A DNA stretch of 40,347 nt, from UHGV virus genome UHGV-0039399, one strand, 5' to 3'. Source of the DNA: a virus. The position numbers were made by a program, and so were the translations under genes. This document shows, piece after piece, positions 16,855 to 24,300 of the stretch. Every line of letters begins with the position of its first letter. The first letter of the stretch is position 1. The notes below the pieces were generated by a model. It saw nothing but the letters and a program-made list of their open reading frames with translations, was not told the DNA's origin and searched no databases.

Positions 16855-18011
16855 TAATCAGCCAGTTTATTCATCGCCTCGATTTGCTCCCTCACATAGT
16901 CATACTGATCGTATATAGCAAACATCCCCGCCAGCTTATGACCCAAAACCTTTTCCGCGACATGAGGCGCAACGCCAAGCGCTGAAAGGTTTGTCCTCAC
17001 GGTGCGGCGTAGATCGTGACACGACCACGGCTCGCCGCCCATCCTCATCATTAAATCCCTCGCTGCTGTTTTCGGCACGCTTCTGTCCACCGCAACATCC
17101 CTTCCAGAAAGCACAGGAACGAAGACAAAATCAAAGCTATGTAGATCCATAGCCTCACGCAATAAAGCCACGCTAACGTTCGATAAACCGCGTTTAAACT
17201 CATTCCTGTTCTTACTCAATGCACCAGGAACAGTCCACACGCAGCTATCAAGATCGAAATGCTCGCGCCTTGCGTTTGTCAGTTCGCTTGTCCTGCACCC
17301 GGTAAATATAATCAGCTTCATCAATATCTGGTTCAGTCGCGCCATTTTTGAACTATCTACAAGGCCGATTAGACGGTGGATCTCCTGTATTGACAAAACT
17401 CGCTTGCCTTGCGCTGGTTTTTTGCCTACGTCTTTAACGCACAGCAATGATATATCGTCACGATCCACGCGGCGGCGGCGAATGGCGTATTTTATTACGG
17501 CCTTCATTCTGTTGAGAACTATGCCTGCCTGAACTGGTGCGCCACCATTAGCTACCTTCCTAAAAACTCCCTCCCACATCATAGCGTCCATATCATCTAC
17601 AATATAGCTACCGTATGGTTTTATGACGTGCTTACCTAACATGGACTCAACCTGCTTATAGTTGACCATGTTCCTTGCCTGCGGCGATTCCATGTACTCC
17701 CTTACAATATCCTCAACCGTCGCCCGTGTCGTAACTCTGGAAAGGTGCATTCTTTTTGCTACCGATGGATCTCGTCCTGAGTTTAGTAATTCTTTATGCT
17801 CCGCCACCGCCGCCCGCGCTTCTTTGAGCGTTATTTCTCCGTATGTGCCAATCTTCATCCGTCGAGGCTTGCCGTTGAATCGGTAGCGATACTGGAAAGA
17901 TATAACGCCTCGTGGGCTTATCCTGGCAGACAATCCGCCAGCGTCCGGTAATTCCTCCGGGCCGTCGTACGGCTTGCCGTGAATGTTTCGTAATTTGGTA
18001 TCTGTAAGCAT
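16812..18011 (-). CDS. int: tyrosine site-specific integrase
   Basis: 399 aa; N-terminal arm-binding-type domain; C-terminal catalytic region with HDLRRT...LGH and conserved Tyr context. Confidence 0.95.
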   Translation of the reverse strand: MLTDTKLRNIHGKPYDGPEELPDAGGLSARISPRGVISFQYRYRFNGKPRRMKIGTYGEITLKEARAAVAEHKELLNSGRDPSVAKRMHLSRVTTRATVEDIVREYMESPQARNMVNYKQVESMLGKHVIKPYGSYIVDDMDAMMWEGVFRKVANGGAPVQAGIVLNRMKAVIKYAIRRRRVDRDDISLLCVKDVGKKPAQGKRVLSIQEIHRLIGLVDSSKMARLNQILMKLIIFTGCRTSELTNARREHFDLDSCVWTVPGALSKNRNEFKRGLSNVSVALLREAMDLHSFDFVFVPVLSGRDVAVDRSVPKTAARDLMMRMGGEPWSCHDLRRTVRTNLSALGVAPHVAEKVLGHKLAGMFAIYDQYDYVREQIEAMNKLADYYMKPIDLQNEITS

Positions 18012-18270
18012 GATTTTTGGTCACTATTTGGTACACACATTTTACGCATGGATAGTAACACGATGGGGAACGATATGACACGATAGAATAAATATTTCTT
18101 TTGAAATCAACACGAAACAGTGACGATGTGACACGATATGAAATGATAGAAATGGCGCTACCTACTTATCTTTTGAATGGGTAGCATGGAGAAAAACTAA
18201 TTTGTATTCAACATCTTATGCTTTGCTTTTGTTTTTGATTTATCAATTTGGTCACTATTTGGTACACAAA
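18012..18270. other. candidate attP / int regulatory region
   Basis: Immediately upstream of int: 22-bp perfect direct repeat TTTGGTCACTATTTGGTACACA (18016-18037 and 18247-18268) flanking reiterated TGACACGATA motifs (18074, 18128) and shorter ACGAT repeats. Confidence 0.4.
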
Positions 18271-18295
18271 AAGAAACGAGGCGTTAGCCTCGTTT
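18262..18295 (-). terminator. rho-independent terminator downstream of the tail fiber gene
   Basis: 9-bp stem AAACGAGGC-gtta-GCCTCGTTT followed on the minus strand by CUUUUUGUG. Confidence 0.55.
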
Positions 18296-18324
18296 CGCGC
18301 GGCGATGTTCTGCGCACATCACCT

Positions 18325-20883
18325 TTATTCTTCGCTTCCGGTTAACTGCAGGACAAGCTCTTCAAGTTTTGCGATCCGTTCATCCATGACGGCAATGTTG
18401 GCGCGTAGGCTTGCGTTTTCCTCTTCCAGTTCGGTTACGCGGTTATCTGTTTCGCGTGCCACCTGGACAAGTAAACCAGTCACCGCAGCATAGTCAACAT
18501 TGAGATAACGCGTTTCTTCGCGTAGCTCGTTGCCGTCAGTGGTCGGGCCTTGCAATGCTTCACCGTAATGAGTAAACGATCCTACCGCTTCCGGCAGCGC
18601 TTCCATGACTTCCTGAGCGATAACGCCAGCGTAAGGCAGGCCGTTTTCCTTAAGGGTGTATGTGTACCCGTTCATTTTACGGATTGCTTCGGTAGCGTCA
18701 CCTATAACCTGAATGTTGTCTTTCAGGTCGCGATCTGATGATTGATTGAGCGTAGTGCAATTTACTACGCCGTTAACCTGAAATTTAACCGTGTTATCTG
18801 TATTAAGCTGGCAGAAAAAACCGTAACCCAAGTTACTGCCACTATCTGGATCTATATAACTATATTCCAGAACAGATCCTCGAGTATCGCTACCCCAAAA
18901 CAACATTTCTAAGTTTTTTACTGCTGTTTTTTTTGTTTCGATACTAAAGCGTCTGACGAAATCAGAGTCGTAGATGGAAATTTTTTTTAATGTTGAATCC
19001 CCGTTAAGCACCTTAAGTTTAGGCACTTCTATTTCGTTATTGACAAAGTTGTAGCCAATGGCAGTCCCACCAACTGGCGTTTCCCAATGGTTTTTTTCTA
19101 TGCGCCAGTTGCCGCCGTCAAATATGAAAGCGTAGTCCGGCGCACCTTCAGGTCTGTCAGTCTCATCAAATTTAATTGTTGGGTGTGCGCTCGTCAAAGT
19201 TAATGGATTGCTTACGTTTGACATTAATTTTGCAGTTTTGCCTATAAAAGACCCTTGATTTAAAGCAAAGTCGCCGTCTTCGTTCAATCCTGCATATATG
19301 TTTATATCATTACGCTGTAGGTGAGTTGTTGCCCACGCCTTACCATCACCCCTAAACTCGGTGTAAATGCGCGTTCTTGCTCTTTGCGCTCCTGATGTAT
19401 TGCTGAGTATGCTTTGTAATATGCCTCCGTTAGTGGTTTCATTATCCGAAGAAATTACAAGATTGAGATTTTTAAATTGTGGGCTATCAGCAAAGTCTAG
19501 GGACTGAAATTTCTTCCACGCGCTCCACTCCCAGCCATTTGAAGACTGAATAATGTATTGGCGCATATAAAAAACGCCATTTATAGCATTGTAAGGGAAA
19601 TAAAGCTGAGTGCATCCTGATGCGGTATTCGCGCCGTTTTTTATAACAAGCAATGCACCAGCAGCTGCCAACGGATAGCCACGATCAGTCGTTGCAGCCG
19701 AATTCGTTGTCTGATAATAAAAACCAGAATACTCGCCGGTAAGTGTATTAATGTTGGTTTCACTTAAGGCTGATCTTTTCTCGTGCATAACTTCAAGGTT
19801 TGTGCGCGCTTGCCCTGCATTGCGTCCTGCTGTGCCGCCTTGTGCAATATCTAACGGTTTCCATTGACCGATCTCGCTATCATAAACACCCCATGCACAA
19901 TTATTGCCGATTTCAAAATAAATTTTTCCGTTGCCAGAGTAAAGGCGAGTCTGGCTATCTGCAATTTGCATTAGGCGACTAACCTCATCTTTTCTTGCGT
20001 GCCTTGTCCATTGCGGGCCTGTTGATTCGCTCCACTTATAAGTGTAAGCACTGCCGGTAATATGCCCTATAAAAAGACCAGAAAACGCCGGGACACTACC
20101 TAAAGTCGGGCAAATAAAGCCAGACAAATAGCGCTCACCTGAAGCAATAGAAGGCCACCCGGCAGCCCCTTCCATGATGCGCAGAAAGCCAAGATAGCCT
20201 GATGGGTTTCCTGAAATATCCGGGCAATCTCTTGGGTTTGAGGAAAGACCAATGCTACTCCCTACAATACCTTGCGCCTGGTTACGATAATTTAGCGCAT
20301 CGGCTGCTGATTTTGCTGCATTGGTTTCGCTGGTTGCTGCCGCTGTTTTGCTGTTGCTGGCTGCTGTTTCACTGGCTTTTGCTGCATCCTGTGACGCTTT
20401 TGCTGCGGTTGCTGAGTTCGCTGCTGCTGTTTTTGATGCCGCCGCCGCGTTTTTGTCTGATTCTGTTTTTTGGGCGTTGGCTGTTGATTTCGCTGTTTCT
20501 GCGCGAATGTCGGCAAGAAGTTGTTCCATCTGACCATCACCGCCGAACTCGTTCCACCATTCAACGGCTGTTGCAATCTCTGATTCCTTGCCCTGGTAGT
20601 AACGCAGAGTTTCGGCTACATCCTGGGCAAGCCCATCAACTGAGATCGAGTCAGAAAGCAGAATGCTAAATTTTGTCCCGGCAGCGATTGCAGGGTTAGC
20701 CGCTGGCGTTACTGACAGTTCTGTACCGCTCTTGATTTCGGTGACGGTAAAGATCTGGATAGGGTTGCTGATGGCAATAAGCGTGCAACCAACACGAATG
20801 AGAGAAAGCGGCTCGGAGAAGTTTGTCCCCGTGCCTTTAACAGTGTTGCCATTAACGGCAATTGTTCCAGTTGTGTAAATCAT
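18325..20883 (-). CDS. side tail fiber with C-terminal intramolecular chaperone (S74-type) domain
   Basis: 852 aa; Ala/Ser/Thr-rich fibrous repeats; C-terminus carries the SSDRDLKDNI motif and coiled coil typical of self-cleaving chaperone domains; GGAG RBS. Confidence 0.8.
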   Translation of the reverse strand: MIYTTGTIAVNGNTVKGTGTNFSEPLSLIRVGCTLIAISNPIQIFTVTEIKSGTELSVTPAANPAIAAGTKFSILLSDSISVDGLAQDVAETLRYYQGKESEIATAVEWWNEFGGDGQMEQLLADIRAETAKSTANAQKTESDKNAAAASKTAAANSATAAKASQDAAKASETAASNSKTAAATSETNAAKSAADALNYRNQAQGIVGSSIGLSSNPRDCPDISGNPSGYLGFLRIMEGAAGWPSIASGERYLSGFICPTLGSVPAFSGLFIGHITGSAYTYKWSESTGPQWTRHARKDEVSRLMQIADSQTRLYSGNGKIYFEIGNNCAWGVYDSEIGQWKPLDIAQGGTAGRNAGQARTNLEVMHEKRSALSETNINTLTGEYSGFYYQTTNSAATTDRGYPLAAAGALLVIKNGANTASGCTQLYFPYNAINGVFYMRQYIIQSSNGWEWSAWKKFQSLDFADSPQFKNLNLVISSDNETTNGGILQSILSNTSGAQRARTRIYTEFRGDGKAWATTHLQRNDINIYAGLNEDGDFALNQGSFIGKTAKLMSNVSNPLTLTSAHPTIKFDETDRPEGAPDYAFIFDGGNWRIEKNHWETPVGGTAIGYNFVNNEIEVPKLKVLNGDSTLKKISIYDSDFVRRFSIETKKTAVKNLEMLFWGSDTRGSVLEYSYIDPDSGSNLGYGFFCQLNTDNTVKFQVNGVVNCTTLNQSSDRDLKDNIQVIGDATEAIRKMNGYTYTLKENGLPYAGVIAQEVMEALPEAVGSFTHYGEALQGPTTDGNELREETRYLNVDYAAVTGLLVQVARETDNRVTELEEENASLRANIAVMDERIAKLEELVLQLTGSEE

Positions 20884-20916
20884 CGCAATGACTCCATTAT
20901 GTTAATTAACGGAATA

Positions 20917-20925
20917 ATTCTACCA
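20917..20925 (-). promoter_or_regulatory. candidate extended -10 (TGgTAGAAT) for the tail fiber gene
   Basis: Minus-strand TGGTAGAAT about 30 nt upstream of the start codon, in the divergent intergenic region. Confidence 0.3.
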
Positions 20926-21051
20926 TTTTGTGATCTATGTTGCATTTTCTGTTCACACAAAACGTATTTGTTGATTTATATCAATATACGAAATGTGGTT
21001 TTGTCGGATATTTAAGCCACCGGATGAGCAAGCAAGAATGAGGATTCAAAA

Positions 21052-21300
21052 ATGAAAAACGTGTTCAAAGTGGTTTTGTTCGCTGCGGCTGTAGCTCTTA
21101 CTGGCTGTGCTGTTGACAAAGAGGCTGCATTGCATAACCTGCCGAATAGCGGAGTGATTCCACAAGATGTTGTATATGATGGAAGCGGTCATCTTGTCTA
21201 TGACACTGAAAAACTGCCGTATACTGGGCAATGGTGTCATGAACTCGATCACAACATGCGCCGCATCGGTAGCCCTTCGAACTGTGTAGCTAACTACTAA
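21052..21300 (+). CDS. small lipoprotein, candidate Cor/Llp-like superinfection exclusion protein
   Basis: 82 aa; signal peptide with lipobox LTGC; GAGGA RBS; opposite strand between J and the tail fiber gene, ending in a strong terminator. Confidence 0.6.
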   Translation: MKNVFKVVLFAAAVALTGCAVDKEAALHNLPNSGVIPQDVVYDGSGHLVYDTEKLPYTGQWCHELDHNMRRIGSPSNCVANY

Positions 21301-21304
21301 AAGA

Positions 21305-21335
21305 AAACCCCGCGCGAAGCGGGGTTGTTTTTTTA
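21305..21335. terminator. bidirectional rho-independent terminator (lipoprotein gene / J)
   Basis: CCCCGC-gcgaa-GCGGGG hairpin followed by a T-run on the plus strand and an A-run/U-tract on the minus strand. Confidence 0.7.
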
Positions 21336-24300
21336 TCCTGAGAATGAACCGGAACCGCGCGACACAATGACTGTCGGCGATTGTATATAAGCCCCCTTGC
21401 TATTTTGAGCGGATACCTTAATGGTAACTGTAACGCTCTTGCTAGTTACTGCTGATGAATGCATAACAAGGCGCTCAGTGCCATCTACCATCGAGGCTTT
21501 TGATGAACCGCCGATCGTTATTGTGCAACCACCATAACCTTTAACGTTAGCCATAACACAAACATGTCTGCTATGTGCAGCGTCTGACGTGTCGGTGTAT
21601 GTGATTGTTTTTACTAGCTCACCATCCCTTGTTCTGCTAACGTCAGATCCCGTATACATGTTCGCAACGTCACCGATAAAGGTCTTCGCCTCAAGTGACC
21701 CTGAGAACTTACCGCTGCTGGCATACACGGCCCCCCTTACCGTTACGTTGTTAAGTTCCGCGCTACCGTTTTTGTTGATCATCCAGCCGGAAGACCCTGC
21801 TGCGTAGTTGGTTGACTGTATCTGCTGTGCAATTTTAGCAGTAGTAATGGCTGCATCTGCAATCTTAGCCGTTCCTATTGATGCGTTTTTAATAAACGCT
21901 TCTTTTACATACATTGCGCCGTTAGACACATAGAAAGGCGCTGTATATGTGCCGTTTGCTGCGGTCATTAACACGAAGCGGTCAACGAGGAAAATACACT
22001 GCGATTGAACGTTAGTACCGTTGCCAGTTAAACCAAGTGACATACCTGTTGCGTATTTCATGCCGTTGTTGTCGGTTGCCAGTTTGATGGAGTACGTCGC
22101 ATCGACATTACCCTTGAAGTCGGTTAACGCTTTCGACGTCGTTTGTATCGCTGTTGTGTTCCCGTTAACGGTCACTGTTAGCTGATCGATTTTGTTTGAT
22201 AATGCCTCGTCAGCCGTTGCCATAGCCTGTGACCATTCTGTAATGCTTGAGTTTACAGATTCGAAAGACGCTGAGATCTGGCCGAATTTTTCCGCGCTTG
22301 ATGCCTCATGCGTAGAAAGCGCCGTTGATACCTCAGACACTTTCGAGTTAATCGTACTGGTAAGCGATGAGTTAAGACTATTTATCGCGTCAGTGCGTGC
22401 CTTCGTTTCGTCTGCAATGGCCTTGTCAATACGAGTCACGTTGCTTGTAACCTTGCCATCAAGTGTTGAAATTGACGCATTCACGCCACTGATGGCTTGT
22501 GCTCTGGCACTGGCCTCGTCAGCAATTGCCTGGTCCAGTCTGCTAACTTCGGATTCAGTGTTGCTTTCAAGCGTGTTAATGCTTGCGTTCACGCCACTGA
22601 TTGCCTCGCTGCGTGCGTTTGTCTCGTCAGCGATAGCCTTGTCGAGACGGGAAACGCTGGCGTCGGTTTTCTTGTCTAGATCCGTGATCGATGCTTTTAC
22701 CACGCCAATTGCTTCGGCTGTAGCCTTTTTCTCTTCAGCGATAACACTGTCAATACGATCAATCTGCGCGTTTGTTTCCTTGCGACCTTTCTTGTACTGG
22801 GCCGTAAGGGTAACGCGCGTGTTGGTCTGAGCGATTGAGTTATTAATCAGCGCAATCGAAGCGTTTTGCAGGCTTGCTTTTGTCTGATTTATATCATCGC
22901 TGTTTTTGTCAACGCTATTTTCAATGCTGCCGATCTCCGCGTTAATGCCTGAGATTGCTTCAGCTCTGGCGCTTGATTCGTCTGCAATAGCCTGATCCAA
23001 ACGTTTAACGCTGGCGTTTGTGCTGTTTTCAAGCGTTGTCAAATCAGCATTAACGTCTGTTATTGCTGCGCTTCTTGCCTGCGTCTCGTCAGCGATAGCC
23101 TTGTCGAGACGGGAAACGCTGGCGTCAGTTTTGCTTTCAAGGTTGCTTATTGATGCTTTAACATCGCTCACAGCCTGGGCGCGGGCGCTGGCCTCGTCGG
23201 CAATCGACTGATCAAGGCGTTTAACTTCTGAATTGGTGTTACCTTCAAGTGTGTCAATACTTGCTTTGACTCCGCTGATTGCGTCAGTGCGTGCCTTCGT
23301 TTCGTCGGCGATAGCTTTATCTATGCGCGTTACATTGCTTGTTACCTTGCTATCAAGCGTTGAAATTGACGCATTCACGCCACTGATGGCTTCAGTTCTT
23401 GCGCTGGTTTCGTCTGCTATTGCTTGATCCAGGCGTTTCACGCTGGCGTCAGTTTTCTTGTCTAGCGATGAGACACTCGCGTTAACGTCACTAACTGCCT
23501 GTGTGCGGGCGTTCGTTTCGTCTGCGATGGCCTGATCAAGTCTGTTGACGCTGGCATCGGTTTTCTTGTCTAGATTGCTTATTGATGCGTTAACGCCGTT
23601 GATTGCTTCAGCGCGGGCGCTTGCCTCGTCAGCCACTGCGCGTTCCACGCTGGAAATCTGACCCTTAAGGTTAGAATCCATCGTGTTCATTTCTGCAGTG
23701 ATGGTTTCCAGTGATTCCGCTGTAGCCTTTTTCTCTTCAGCAATAACGTTGTCAATGCGGTCAATTTCAGCCTTCGTCTCTGTCCTGCCTTTCTTGTACT
23801 GAGCAGTGAGAGTAACCCGCGTGTTGGTCTGAGCAAGGGAGTTGTTGATAAGTGCCAACGACGCGTTTTGCAGGCTTGCTTTTGCTTGCGCCAGTTCACT
23901 GCCAACTTTTTCGCTAGATACCTCCAGAGAATCTATTCTTGCCTCATGATGTCCAATATCGTCGGCGTTTTCTCCAACCTTTTTGTAAAGATCTTCCGTC
24001 TCTTTTTTCAGTGTGTCCGTGTCAGCTTTTATGGCCCCTGTTTCTGTGATTAGGCCGTCCGTATCAGTCCTCAATTCGTCAGTGATGTTTATCAGGTTGT
24101 CAGTTTCAACCCTCAAATCGTCAGTGATGTTTGTCAGGTTGTCAGTTGCAGTTTTGAGGTTGTCAGTAGCGTTTTTAAGGTCATTTGTAGCGCTTTCGAT
24201 AAGGTCGGCACGGTCGCCAAGATCTTTAATGTCGCCGATCATGCCCTTGAACTGTTCTGACTCCATGACGTCCTTCATCACGTAGTCGCTGATTTCGTCG

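Noticed and set aside
20202-20669. Plus-strand 155-aa ORF and a minus-strand Gln-rich 94-aa ORF inside the tail fiber gene
   Set aside because: Low-complexity alternative frames of the Ala/Ser/Thr-rich fiber repeat region, nested in a gene with much stronger coding evidence.
22192-24285. Several plus-strand ORFs (22192-22830, 23020-23211, 23233-23427, 24013-24285) and the thought of a CRISPR-like array
   Set aside because: They are antisense frames of the J coiled-coil repeats. The repeats are 84-bp in-frame coding units without unique spacers, so this is a repetitive protein domain, not CRISPR and not separate genes.
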